This document shows, piece after piece, positions 10,261-20,680 of a stretch of 64,000 nucleotides of DNA. A model generated the notes under the pieces. That model saw only the letters and a program-made list of their open reading frames with translations. It did no database searches and was not told the origin of the DNA. The translations under genes were made by a program, and so were the position numbers. The number at the start of each line of letters is the position of its first letter. Within the stretch, counting starts at the first letter, position 1. The stretch spans positions 558,001-622,000 of the forward strand of contig JAQOWU010000008.1 in the NCBI GenBank assembly GCA_030867685.1, in the 5' to 3' direction. This DNA comes from Wickerhamiella versatilis (lineage: Eukaryota).

Positions 10261-13200
10261 TCAGATCATCATGAAACGGGTAAACCGTTGCTTTAGCTTG
10301 GCATTGGGAGGGAGCGATGTAAATGCATGTTCAGCGCAGTAGAGAGCCCCGTCTACGTCAAAGTAGGATTGATTAAGTCTGACTTCACATTCGATACACC
10401 GCAAACAATCAGGATGATACCGCATTTTATTGTTTTGGTCTTCTGAAGCAGACTCTAAGCATTCACCCTCGATTCCAACTCCACACATACGACACGTTGA
10501 ATCATTTGCTTCATGATAGCAGCTCTTGCAATAAGGTTCATCGCTTAGTACATATACCATTTGACCAGCAAGATTGTCCTTACATGTGGAGCAATTCAAG
10601 CATCCCCGATGCCATCGACCACTGAGGTTTCCATCCTTGGATCGCACACTTTTATCGAGTAGCTGTTCTTTACAACCACGACATACCTTCTTGGATGTCA
10701 ACGAATCTTGTTGGACTTGCATTGCTGCAGGGCCATCACGCAAGTCGGTTTTATCGGCAGACGTAGATGATCGTTTGGAACTTTTATCAGTGTCTGACGT
10801 TGGAGCTGAACTAGAGGGATTCTTCTCTAAGGACGAATATTGCTCAAAAGACTGCTGATCACCAGGAGATGCCTTCTGCCGAGGGTCATCAGAGAAGCTA
10901 TTTGTCTCTTTTTGCTCTGTTTCAAGCGAAGGAGGAATTGCATTAGCTTGTGGCTGGTAGTTGGCTTGAGGATGGTTTTTGACAGGTACTGCAGAAGGGG
11001 GAACGGGTAATCTATTAGGGCTCATGCCACTTCCTGGAGCCTTCTGCGGCATCATACCTGGAGGCATAGTAGGCATACTACCGGAATATGGAATACCAGG
11101 TTGAACACCAGCAGGCATTGGGCGAGGCACTCCATAATGCATACCTTGTGGGACGGGATAAGATGCGGGTACGCCACGTGGTACATTATATGGCATATTT
11201 ACAGGGGTAGGCTGCACCATAGGTGGACCGCGAGGCATGACATTCTGAGGGAAGAATTGGGGTACGGGGCCCGGAGCGCCGCGAGGCATAGCATAAAATC
11301 CATTATGTGGCATGGGCTGGTAGACGTTCGGAGGGTTTCCACGAGGCATGCCATAATGCGCATTCTGAGGGATGAACGCCTGGTGGTTACCATGGGGCAC
11401 GCGCTGAGGTGCAACATACGGTACCCCAGGAGATGGTACAACCGGGGAAATAGGTGCTTGGGGTCTGGCATGCGGTGGAATAGGTGACTGGACCCTTACT
11501 TGAGGCTTGGGTCTCTGCGGCGGGGTAACCAGCATGTCACCAGATGCCGATCCATCAAGCATATGAGCTGGTGGCATTTTAGAGCGTCCCCTTAGGCGAG
11601 GTGATGATAACTCAGGAGGGGAAACAGAGCCTGACACAGGCATGCTACTCTGAGGAGAGAAACTCCTTCCTAGCGGTGGTGATTTCTGCATAGGAGGAGA
11701 CATGGAGCGCATGGGTGATGAAGTTCTAGGACCAGGCGATGGGACAAAAAATGGTGGAGGATATGGCATTGCGTATGGTGCACTCCGAGGGCCAGGAACT
11801 TGTGGTGAGAAATTTGGTGGGAGCTGGATATGAAGTCCATGAGCACGCGGTCCACCGGATTGAGAACGACCAGCATATGGCGGAGCCATGTTCGGCTGCA
11901 TATATGGAGGGACCGGCGCCGCATTCATTCTTGGAGCACCATCTGGAGTTGATACACTACGTGAATTGATTGGAGTAGAAGCACTATTAACCTGCATTGG
12001 ACCAGCGTGTAAGGAATTATCTTGAGCGCTTCTGGAAGGTAGCGCATCATAAGAGTCTTGATTTTCACTGATTGGTTCATATTCACGATTATCATGTTCA
12101 TTGGTACTAGGATTCTGCTGAGAGTCCATATCGAATGACTTTACTGTTGACGTTGCTGGTTCATTCCACTCAGAACGAACAGGTGATACCTCATTTATTG
12201 ACTCTTTGTGCGCGTGGTTAGTATCATCTGATTCATTTTGATCAAATCCCGAGTTAGGGTTTGCATCATAAGATTCAGCAGACCTCTGCTCGTCATCATT
12301 CATAGTCCGAGGAGGTAACTCTGTGTCTTCAACGCCACTAGAATCGGAATTGTTGTCAACAAAAAACCGAGGTCGCATTTCTTTGCCTGCAACATCTCTG
12401 CGATCGAGCTCATCCATATCTACAGACTGAGGAGGGATTTCTGTCTCCTCATCGGCACTGAGATCAGGCTCATCAATATCTACAGACTGAGGACGCTTTT
12501 TCATGGCCTCATCTATACTAATATTGGACTCATTATCGGCTTGGTCCTCAGTAGGGGTGATATCCCTCTCAGAATCAGATTCCGCTTTGATCATATGTTG
12601 ATTTTCCTCAGCTGCAGATTCGCTATTATCATCACTCCAAACGTCATTATCAAAACGAGGGGTATCATAATACACAGAGCTTGTCGAACTCAATCGATTC
12701 TGTGAATCTGGTACTACCGCTAACAAATTCCCCTTGGCGGAGGAGTCATGCAATGGAGGCTCAGGAGCTGGCTTGATTCCAAACTCAAATTCACTGGTAT
12801 TAGCTGAGCTCTGGTCATACGGCACACGTCCTTCTGATGCATCCTTCCAACTGCTTATGCTTGCCCGTCCACTGTTTTTTCTCGAATCACTGTCATTGGC
12901 AATATCTTCATCCCGACCAACTGGCACTATATGAGACGGGGGCTCCGGGACTCGATCTCCATCCCCACCTTGAGGATCCGAAGAAGGCGGGCGAACTGTA
13001 AATTTCGGGGTAGTCTCACCTCGCAAGTTCTTGGATGGTGATGCTGCTGGTGAGGTGACCACTCTTGTTGGCGGATTTAGGGGGGACCTGTCACTTTCAG
13101 AATACAGGTTGCCAGAATCATTCCGGACCAAGCTAGGTATGGAGTTGGCCGTTGTACTTCCAGCCCGGCTACGACTTCTTGCTCGTTGATTGACGTCGAA

Positions 13201-13293
13201 TCCAGCTCTCTCGTACACAGACTTGAACACTACACCAGGTGCAAATGGAGGAAACGCCGTGTCTAAGTTACGGTGGAACGAATCAGCGGACAT
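10261..13293 (-). CDS. PXL1: Paxillin-like protein with two C-terminal LIM domains
   Basis: LIM Cys/His pattern CRGC...WHRGCLNCSTC...YCKSCY and CRMC...YHPDCLRCIEC...YCAEH; the N-terminal YERAGFD motif favours the ATG at 13293 over the in-frame extension to 13644. Confidence 0.8.
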   Translation of the reverse strand: MSADSFHRNLDTAFPPFAPGVVFKSVYERAGFDVNQRARSRSRAGSTTANSIPSLVRNDSGNLYSESDRSPLNPPTRVVTSPAASPSKNLRGETTPKFTVRPPSSDPQGGDGDRVPEPPSHIVPVGRDEDIANDSDSRKNSGRASISSWKDASEGRVPYDQSSANTSEFEFGIKPAPEPPLHDSSAKGNLLAVVPDSQNRLSSTSSVYYDTPRFDNDVWSDDNSESAAEENQHMIKAESDSERDITPTEDQADNESNISIDEAMKKRPQSVDIDEPDLSADEETEIPPQSVDMDELDRRDVAGKEMRPRFFVDNNSDSSGVEDTELPPRTMNDDEQRSAESYDANPNSGFDQNESDDTNHAHKESINEVSPVRSEWNEPATSTVKSFDMDSQQNPSTNEHDNREYEPISENQDSYDALPSRSAQDNSLHAGPMQVNSASTPINSRSVSTPDGAPRMNAAPVPPYMQPNMAPPYAGRSQSGGPRAHGLHIQLPPNFSPQVPGPRSAPYAMPYPPPFFVPSPGPRTSSPMRSMSPPMQKSPPLGRSFSPQSSMPVSGSVSPPELSSPRLRGRSKMPPAHMLDGSASGDMLVTPPQRPKPQVRVQSPIPPHARPQAPISPVVPSPGVPYVAPQRVPHGNHQAFIPQNAHYGMPRGNPPNVYQPMPHNGFYAMPRGAPGPVPQFFPQNVMPRGPPMVQPTPVNMPYNVPRGVPASYPVPQGMHYGVPRPMPAGVQPGIPYSGSMPTMPPGMMPQKAPGSGMSPNRLPVPPSAVPVKNHPQANYQPQANAIPPSLETEQKETNSFSDDPRQKASPGDQQSFEQYSSLEKNPSSSAPTSDTDKSSKRSSTSADKTDLRDGPAAMQVQQDSLTSKKVCRGCKEQLLDKSVRSKDGNLSGRWHRGCLNCSTCKDNLAGQMVYVLSDEPYCKSCYHEANDSTCRMCGVGIEGECLESASEDQNNKMRYHPDCLRCIECEVRLNQSYFDVDGALYCAEHAFTSLPPNAKLKQRFTRFMMI

Positions 13294-13950
13294 TTCGAAC
13301 CTGGCTTGTCCGTCGGTGCAATGATCACGGGAAGTTTCTCTAAGTGATTCAAGATGTCTCTTTGACGCGTTCACCCTAAGCCACGCGACTCCCCTAACCT
13401 CACATTCACATGCCACCCCAATACCATTTCCGAATTTGGTATACGGATAAATTTTAGAATATTGAGCATGATCATATAAATGATTTTCTTTCCATCCATG
13501 TATAAAATCTACATATGCTCGTGTAGAGCTTCTGCATATAAAGCACATATTTGCTGAAGGTGGAGCTACGGTCATAGCCGGTATCTTGTCCGGCATTGCT
13601 GCATCAGCATGGAATGTATGCATCCTTTTAGTACAGGACGCCATTGATTCGCTCGAGAATAATATCGAGGCCTAGCTGGATTGATCTCCTTAGTGATATA
13701 AAGTAGTCCAATGTCTCACCCCCTTTTGTTTCAATTTATGCTCGCCCCTCGGTTAGCACAGGGTCGCCGGGGCATGCTATGTCTTCAGTTTGCATGAAGG
13801 AGATAGTTATAGGTTTGATTGTATATAATTTAGCACCGAGCAAAATTAAGGAATTAAAGAGAATATTTTCTAGATTCACCCTGATAGAAAGAGAAATTCA
13901 TAGACCTTACTAACACACCTTAGGTCCTATTATTTGTTCCATCATGATAG

Positions 13951-15123
13951 CTATTTTTGCCATTTCTCGCCCTTTAAGGCAGTGTGAATATCCTCATTTA
14001 CGGAGGCCGGTGTTCCAACGCCACGATAGATAAACGATGTGTACAATTGAAGATAGTCTGCCCCAGCCTCACGATAGTCCATAGCGTCCTCTCCGTATGA
14101 TATACCACCACATCCAATAATAGTCAGATCAGGTCCTACGATTGTACGAAGTTGTCGCAAAACGGCCAACTCAAGAGGCTTGACAGGCGGGCCACTCAAT
14201 CCACCTGCCTCCTTCACGTTCGAACGAAGCGGCGGTCGCTGGACAGTCGTGTTTCCCACAATTACTCCATCAATTCCACTCTGGGTTATTGCTCGAGCCA
14301 TAAGACCTACTTCTTTGACAGAGAGATCTGGTGCAATTTTAACGAGGAGAGGAGGTATTTTTGAGCCAGGTAGGGAATTACGCTCTGCGACCAGTGTCTT
14401 CAAAAGATGTCCTAGTTTTTCTTCTTTCTGCAGATCGCGTAACCCCGGTGTATTCGGGCTCGAAACGTTGACAACTAAAGCATCTGCATGGTTACCAAAT
14501 GCGCGAACTCCTGCCACAAAGTCCTGTACATCATCGCCCGTTTTGTTTTTGCCTAAATTGACAGCCAGTACACCTTTGTTTTGGATTGATTTCATCTCTC
14601 GTATGCGAAGCCTAGCAAGGACTGCCGCATGACCATCAGAATTGAAACCATACCGGTTGATTATTGCTCGGTCTTCAGGAAGTCGGAAAAGGCGGGGTTT
14701 CGGATTTCCTGGTTGAGGCAGCGGAGTAACGCTTCCAACTTCGACCCAAGAAAACCCAATTCCGAACAAGGCATCTATTGCATCACCATTTTTGTCGACA
14801 CCAGCTGCCAACCCGATTGGCGTAGGCAGGGTAAGAGGTTGGACACGTGGGTTTTTAGCATTTTTGAACAAAGTAACACTCAATGAATGGTCCGGATCCA
14901 GAGTTTTAAGCCACCTCTCAGGTAACTTAGGCGCAAGAAATGGAAATTTCATAAAAGTGATTGCGATTTTGTGCGAGTCTTCTCCATCGAAAAGTGCCCG
15001 ACAAGCGGGCATAATGATATACTCATGTGCACTAGCCCGAGGGTCATGCAGGTATATAAAGCCAGCACAGGCTGCCACGCTTGCCAGCGCACCAAGATTT
15101 CGTAGCCGCGGGATACGAATCAT
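13951..15123 (-). CDS. URA9: Class 2 (mitochondrial, quinone-dependent) dihydroorotate dehydrogenase
   Basis: GLAAGVDK, PQPGNPKPRLFRL, NRYGFNS, VNVSSPNTPGLR, KIAPDL, GGLSG. Confidence 0.95.
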   Translation of the reverse strand: MIRIPRLRNLGALASVAACAGFIYLHDPRASAHEYIIMPACRALFDGEDSHKIAITFMKFPFLAPKLPERWLKTLDPDHSLSVTLFKNAKNPRVQPLTLPTPIGLAAGVDKNGDAIDALFGIGFSWVEVGSVTPLPQPGNPKPRLFRLPEDRAIINRYGFNSDGHAAVLARLRIREMKSIQNKGVLAVNLGKNKTGDDVQDFVAGVRAFGNHADALVVNVSSPNTPGLRDLQKEEKLGHLLKTLVAERNSLPGSKIPPLLVKIAPDLSVKEVGLMARAITQSGIDGVIVGNTTVQRPPLRSNVKEAGGLSGPPVKPLELAVLRQLRTIVGPDLTIIGCGGISYGEDAMDYREAGADYLQLYTSFIYRGVGTPASVNEDIHTALKGEKWQK

Positions 15124-15190
15124 TACTAAGTAAAAGTGCCCGTGAGTGTACGAGGAAATATTCGAAAAAAAAGATTATTTATAACTGAGG

Positions 15191-16072
15191 TCAACTAGAA
15201 CGAAACGGATTGAATTCTTCGTGGTCACTACTGATTTCAAAATTATCGGCATCATCTGCCAGTGTATCTTGGTCCAATTCTCCGTAGTGTTCTTCCTCAA
15301 GCATTTGCGCTCGCTCCTGAGTTCGTTTCCAAATAATCCATGTGGTAGCAACACCAATTGTCACGGCTAATATAATTGACAAAAAGTTTGCCATCCAAGT
15401 TGCTCGATCCTTTGCAGCCCCTAAGCGGGCTAGACGGTCACCTATAAAGATGTGCAGGAATAGTTTTGGCGTTACGGCTGCAGTGGCCACGAAAAATTTC
15501 CAGGGTTCAACACTGGGTACACTACTCATTGCTGCATTGGAGAGAGAGTATGGAAGAGGGCATAATCGAATCATCCACAACAATGTGAACGAATCCTGTT
15601 CCAGTGTCTTGGAAAACGCCATAAACTTTATATTCGACTCCGCTAGTTGGACTGCACGATCCTTGAGTATATAGCGAAATGTCATGAAGCTGGCAAAAGA
15701 CCCTACTAGTGTACCACTAGCCAATACTAACCAACCTCGGGGAAACCCCCATACCATACCGGTAAAGGCGCTGAGTGCTGAGTACCCAATGAGCGGTGGA
15801 AACGAAATAACAACAAAAAGAAGGAATATAATTAACCAATTACCCCGCAATTTCCGAAAGTTGGTGCTAAATCTTACCATGGCATGGAGAACTTGTTCAT
15901 GGAATATGCCTAGTAGAAGAAGGAATGTTCCTAGGAGACTTAATCCGGCTCCTACCCATATCTTCTCACGTGTTTCAAGCTGCCTGAATGCCGCAGATGC
16001 GTGATACCCTGTCGCCTTTATTCTTGAGGAGACTTCTCTGTAAAGGCGAGAGCCCCTCGCGATAATGTCCAT
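15191..16072 (-). CDS. TVP38: SNARE-associated Golgi (DedA) membrane protein
   Basis: SFPPLIGYS, IRLCPLPYSLSN, PKLFLHIFIG. Confidence 0.9.
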   Translation of the reverse strand: MDIIARGSRLYREVSSRIKATGYHASAAFRQLETREKIWVGAGLSLLGTFLLLLGIFHEQVLHAMVRFSTNFRKLRGNWLIIFLLFVVISFPPLIGYSALSAFTGMVWGFPRGWLVLASGTLVGSFASFMTFRYILKDRAVQLAESNIKFMAFSKTLEQDSFTLLWMIRLCPLPYSLSNAAMSSVPSVEPWKFFVATAAVTPKLFLHIFIGDRLARLGAAKDRATWMANFLSIILAVTIGVATTWIIWKRTQERAQMLEEEHYGELDQDTLADDADNFEISSDHEEFNPFRSS

Positions 16073-16414
16073 TACCTAATACTGTTGCATGGTGCTGTGG
16101 AGAATCACCTAAGTGGAAACTTTAGTGGGTTTTTTTTTCTCGGTTCGAACTTGAAGTATATTTGTTAGTTTAAAGATTAATTTATCCAAACTAGACGGGG
16201 CGCTCTTTTCTGTCAGCTTCGCGCCAGAATTCAAACAGTACAGTGTGGCTCAGGTTTTCAAGCTCATTGAAACACTAAATTTTTCTTCGTACTATGTCAC
16301 TTCACCAACATTCACTCACTTTAGTGGAACTGGACAAATATCATTTATCACTCGCGCTAAGCTCGAACTCAGTCGATACGTACCGATCTGGTTACGTAAT
16401 TTTTTCTCTAACGA

Positions 16415-16861
16415 ATGTCTACAAATTTGTCGAGTAGTGAGGACGAAGCACCCGAGGAGGTGACTTTCAGTTCAGGAGCATCAGAAGCTTTGCAGCGCCA
16501 GAAAGAGAGACAAGATGTAGAGGCTACAACCAAAAGAATTGCGAAGGAAAAGCATCGAGCTAGGGATAACTGGCTCAAGTCCCAAAGCAAAAGCAGGAAA
16601 GAAAGCCGTCGGAAGTTACTCAGTGAAGTCTTGAATGAAGAAATGGACAAAAGCCTACGACTAAGAGATAGTGAGCAGGAGTCTCATAACGAACAACGTG
16701 AGAAGAAGGTCTTAAACAGGGCCAAGCCAACGAAATTCACGGTAGATGGCATTGAGGTACAACTCATGAATAAAGTCGGTCGACAACTTCCTCCTGCAAC
16801 TTCATCCTTGGTGAAGAGTAAGGAGCGTTTCCTGCAGCGTCGGTCAATTAGAAGACGATAA
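16415..16861 (+). CDS. BUD21: U3 snoRNA-associated protein Bud21/Utp16-like
   Basis: SSEDEAPEEV motif, charged coiled coil, C-terminal LPP...KERFLQRRSIRR; convergent with ATX2 as in S. cerevisiae. Confidence 0.7.
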   Translation: MSTNLSSSEDEAPEEVTFSSGASEALQRQKERQDVEATTKRIAKEKHRARDNWLKSQSKSRKESRRKLLSEVLNEEMDKSLRLRDSEQESHNEQREKKVLNRAKPTKFTVDGIEVQLMNKVGRQLPPATSSLVKSKERFLQRRSIRRR

Positions 16862-16893
16862 AAGTATAGGTCTTGTGTACGTTAATTTATTAT

Positions 16894-17688
16894 TTATTCC
16901 GGAAGCAAAGACGCGAAAAAAGGTATCATCATTCCCCCGGCCATGCGACCAAAGGCCGCCCAAGATTTTCTAACTTTAGTCTGAATATGTACAGCGACAT
17001 ACGCAAATGTCCCGCCGCTGAATGACATACATATTCCAGACGCAATCTTAAAAGCATTTTTTGAATCCGCACCCTCACCAAGCAATGTCAACAGGGCCCC
17101 AACTGTGATGGCTGCGATTGGACTTGCGCAACTAAACGCTATAATATCTCGCTTGACGACATAATGGGAAGTGTTATCGCGTAGAAGAAGTGAGGTCAGA
17201 CTGAAGGCGGCCGGCGCCTTGTGAACAATAATCGCAAGAAAAATCAAAATAGTGAACGACCAAGAAGAGCCCACCACAGATCCCAGTGCCACGCCATCGG
17301 CAAATGAGTGTGCGATAAGTCCTAGGCTTGTCATACTCATACGCATATCATTTCCTGATACTGCTGATGTGGGTGTAGTACGAAAGAGGCGGAGGCTGCT
17401 AATATCTATGTATTCACCCTGTCCCTCTTTCGCGAAGTAAAGCTCAAGGAGCGGCATAATAATATATCCCAGCGATAGTGACAACCCGCCAAGCCATTCT
17501 TCCTTTCTGTCGGCGAGCGTGCCTAGGCCTTCAGGTATCACTACTAAAAAGGCTGAGCCCAGAATGATCCCTGCAGACACTTCCGATGCTACTTCAAGGT
17601 TGATTTTGGTGGAATACCGCAACGGCAGCAAGCCTGCGGCCAACGAGACCGCGGCCATCACCGCTGCACCAACCACTATAGCGAGCAT
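16894..17688 (-). CDS. ATX2: ZIP-family metal transporter (Atx2/ZIP9-like)
   Basis: VVIPEG, GLIAHSFADGVALG, AIIVHKAPAAF, FSGGTFAYVAVH. Confidence 0.88.
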   Translation of the reverse strand: MLAIVVGAAVMAAVSLAAGLLPLRYSTKINLEVASEVSAGIILGSAFLVVIPEGLGTLADRKEEWLGGLSLSLGYIIMPLLELYFAKEGQGEYIDISSLRLFRTTPTSAVSGNDMRMSMTSLGLIAHSFADGVALGSVVGSSWSFTILIFLAIIVHKAPAAFSLTSLLLRDNTSHYVVKRDIIAFSCASPIAAITVGALLTLLGEGADSKNAFKIASGICMSFSGGTFAYVAVHIQTKVRKSWAAFGRMAGGMMIPFFASLLPE

Positions 17689-17691
17689 TAC

Positions 17692-18426
17692 CTAACCTAA
17701 TATCTGGGGCCGAGCGAAATCAGATCCTCCATAAGATAGAAGACCGTAAACAACAAGGACCACGCAGAAATCGCGATAAATAGTTCTACCAATCTGAAGA
17801 TAGAGCGCACCGTTGCGCAGTATGCCTTGTATTTGTGGGGGCAAGAATTGTGATACACTGGTTAGCATTAAAGGGGGGACATGATGGCCAAGCAAGAATC
17901 GAATAGTCTGAAGCCCAGCTTCTGCGATAACAAATGAAGATGCCAAAGCGAAAGGATTGACCCTCGCAACAAATATGCCCACTATCAGAGCGGTAATGAG
18001 ATGGGCCGTATTCCAAGCATTGTCAATTCTCCGCTTAGGAACAATTGAAGAAGATTGCTGCTGATTACTTTGTTGGGGGACTTGGAACGGGTCTGTCTGT
18101 GTACCCTGCGCTGTCCCAAACAAGCTACCATCCAGCTGTGTCTCTGCAGACTGTCCCGACAGATGGGACATACCATCCATCAGAGACTTCCAGTTCACTT
18201 CCGCCGCATTTTCCTCATGCTCCTGAATAGTGGAGACTGGTGGATCATCCTCGTCTAGAGAACTTGGTGTGTGGCTCACAGGTTCAGATATGCCTCTTTT
18301 AGTTGGTACAGGCGGTCCAAAATCAGTTCTTCCCGAGTCACCTGTAATTTTGCGCAATCTATCACTCGCACCCGATCGCAGTCGTGCCTTTCGTCGTTCC
18401 CTCGCTGCTTTCTCGACGTCACTCAT
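17692..18426 (-). CDS. GET2: GET complex receptor subunit Get2/CAML
   Basis: N-terminal RERRKARL...DRLRKITG motif and three C-terminal hydrophobic segments; start set at MSDVEK (18426). Confidence 0.8.
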   Translation of the reverse strand: MSDVEKAARERRKARLRSGASDRLRKITGDSGRTDFGPPVPTKRGISEPVSHTPSSLDEDDPPVSTIQEHEENAAEVNWKSLMDGMSHLSGQSAETQLDGSLFGTAQGTQTDPFQVPQQSNQQQSSSIVPKRRIDNAWNTAHLITALIVGIFVARVNPFALASSFVIAEAGLQTIRFLLGHHVPPLMLTSVSQFLPPQIQGILRNGALYLQIGRTIYRDFCVVLVVYGLLSYGGSDFARPQILG

Positions 18427-18815
18427 ACGAAGCCCGTTTGATGAGTCAGGCAGGTACAGACACATGAAGAAGAAGTAGTGAATCATACGGGGAAGATTGT
18501 GGCCTCTTTCAGCCATTGTGTAGTCCATGCAGCGTATCAACACTCAACTATAATTGTAACTTTAGTAAAATTAAATACGATAATGCTACAGGTGTATAAA
18601 AATATATTAAGTAGTCCATTTTCTTTGGAAAACCACACCAGACACCAGCTAAAGCCAAGTTCTAATGCACAGGTCATTTCAACTAATTCAAGGTCTCACC
18701 CAGCTTCTGCCAATAAATCCCCGCATATCATGATAGCTGACTATTTTGTGACTATTGTGTGACTGAATCTGAAATTCGATCCCAAAGGAATTACCTGATG
18801 TCTAATTGGCCTGTC

Positions 18816-20519
18816 ATGCGTCGCTTCGCTTTAGCTAGACGAGGTTGGCAGGCAATACGTCGATTTACGGTTTTAAACGAACCTAGAGAAGTCGATAATG
18901 TTGACCTGTGTATAGTGGGAGCTGGGCCTGCAGGTCTTGCAGCAGCTATTCGGTACAAACAGCTAGACACGTCAGGTGAACGCCGTGTCATAGTCCTTGA
19001 TAAGGCAAGTGAAGTCGGTGGCCATACTGTCAGTGGTGCCGTTTTAGAGCCACGGGCTCTTGATGAGCTTTTACCCGATTGGCGTGAGGACCCTCCTCCT
19101 CTGGCTACTCCTGTGAAAAAGTCAGGGATGAAAATGCTCCTTGGAAAATATGCACTACCCCTTCCTGAACCTCCGGCATCATCCAATTCTGGAAATTATA
19201 TAGTGTCATTGTCAGCCTTTGTTCGATGGCTTGGTGAGAAGGCTGAGGAAATTGGTGTTGAGGTTTACCCGGGGTTCAGCGTTGGTGAACTAATTTATGA
19301 TGAGTCCAATAAGAACGTGAAAGGAATAGCTACAACAGATCAAGGCTTAGATCGACATGGAAAGCCTAAAGAAAACTTCACTCGTGGAATGGAATTCCAT
19401 GCACCCACCACACTTCTTGCTGAGGGCTGCCATGGGTCTTTGTCAAAGCAAATTATTTCTAAATTTGGACTACGCAATGATAGTGATCCTCAGACGTATG
19501 GTCTTGGAATTAAGGAAGTTTGGGAAGTTGACCAGGCGAACCACCAAGAGGGCCATGTTGCCCATACTCTTGGATTTCCCCTGAATACACAGACATATGG
19601 CGGCGGATTTCAATATCATTTTGGCAAAAACCTCGTAAGTGTGGGCCTGGTAGTCGGTCTTGACTATAAGAATCCTTGGCTCTCTCCTTATAATGAGTTT
19701 CAACGGATGAAGACTCACCCTTTTTATGCTAATGTCTTGAAAGGCGGTCGATGTATAGCTTATGCTGCAAGAGCGCTCAATGAAGGTGGGTATCAATCCA
19801 TCCCCAATCTTTGTTTCCCAGGTGGTGGTTTAATCGGCTGTTCTGCTGGTTTTATGAATGTACCAAAGATTAAAGGAACTCACACTGCTATGAAGAGTGG
19901 AATGTTAGCAGCAGAAGCAGCATATTTAGCTGCGACTCAGGAAAACAGTGAGTTCGGTGATTACGATAAGATGCTTAGGAAAAGTTGGGTTGCTGAAGAA
20001 TTATGGAGTGTTCGTAATCTTCGGCCATCCTTCAATTATGGTCTGCTTCCTGGAATGGCTTATAGTGGGATTGAAGCCTACATTCTCCATGGAAAAACTC
20101 CATGGACACTTCATCACTCAATAACCGACGCTGCGATCACTAAGACTGCCGATAAATTCAAGAAAATCGAGTACCCGAAACCAGATGGTGAGCTTACATT
20201 TGATCTAATGACGAGTGTTTCTAGAACAGGAACCTATCATCAAGATGATGAGATGTGTCACTTACGTGTACCTGACTTGAAAAAGCATGCCTTAGAGAGC
20301 TGGCCTAAGTATCGCGGTATAGAGCAGCGCTTTTGCCCCGCTGGTGTCTATGAATATGTTGATGATAGCGCAACTGCAAAAGAACTTGGTGTTCCTGAGT
20401 TCAAAATAAACTCCCAAAATTGTATACACTGCAAGACTTGCGATATTAAAGTACCTGAGCAGGATATCAATTGGACTGTACCTGAAGGTGGTGATGGGCC
20501 CAAATACACAATCACCTGA
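18816..20519 (+). CDS. CIR2: ETF-ubiquinone oxidoreductase
   Basis: IVGAGPAGLAAA, AEGCHGSL, NVPKIKGTHTAMKSG, 4Fe-4S motif NCIHCKTCDIK; start could be 18798. Confidence 0.96.
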   Translation: MRRFALARRGWQAIRRFTVLNEPREVDNVDLCIVGAGPAGLAAAIRYKQLDTSGERRVIVLDKASEVGGHTVSGAVLEPRALDELLPDWREDPPPLATPVKKSGMKMLLGKYALPLPEPPASSNSGNYIVSLSAFVRWLGEKAEEIGVEVYPGFSVGELIYDESNKNVKGIATTDQGLDRHGKPKENFTRGMEFHAPTTLLAEGCHGSLSKQIISKFGLRNDSDPQTYGLGIKEVWEVDQANHQEGHVAHTLGFPLNTQTYGGGFQYHFGKNLVSVGLVVGLDYKNPWLSPYNEFQRMKTHPFYANVLKGGRCIAYAARALNEGGYQSIPNLCFPGGGLIGCSAGFMNVPKIKGTHTAMKSGMLAAEAAYLAATQENSEFGDYDKMLRKSWVAEELWSVRNLRPSFNYGLLPGMAYSGIEAYILHGKTPWTLHHSITDAAITKTADKFKKIEYPKPDGELTFDLMTSVSRTGTYHQDDEMCHLRVPDLKKHALESWPKYRGIEQRFCPAGVYEYVDDSATAKELGVPEFKINSQNCIHCKTCDIKVPEQDINWTVPEGGDGPKYTIT

Positions 20520-20680
20520 TGTAGTTAGCCATCATCAATACTTGAATATAAGGTGAAAGACTGTATCAATTTAATGTATTGTGGTACTGTGTTATCATTT
20601 GTAAAATTAAAGTAGCCATACTAGACATATTATGTGCGAAATCATAAGTTTAGTGTTTTTTGTACTGGCATTGAGGTCAG

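Noticed and set aside
13294-13644. 117-aa in-frame N-terminal extension of PXL1
   Set aside because: No recognisable features, and the family N-terminal motif begins just after ATG 13293; probably leader or promoter sequence
18427-18543. Upstream extension of GET2
   Set aside because: The conserved Get2 motif sits at the extreme N-terminus, matching the ATG at 18426
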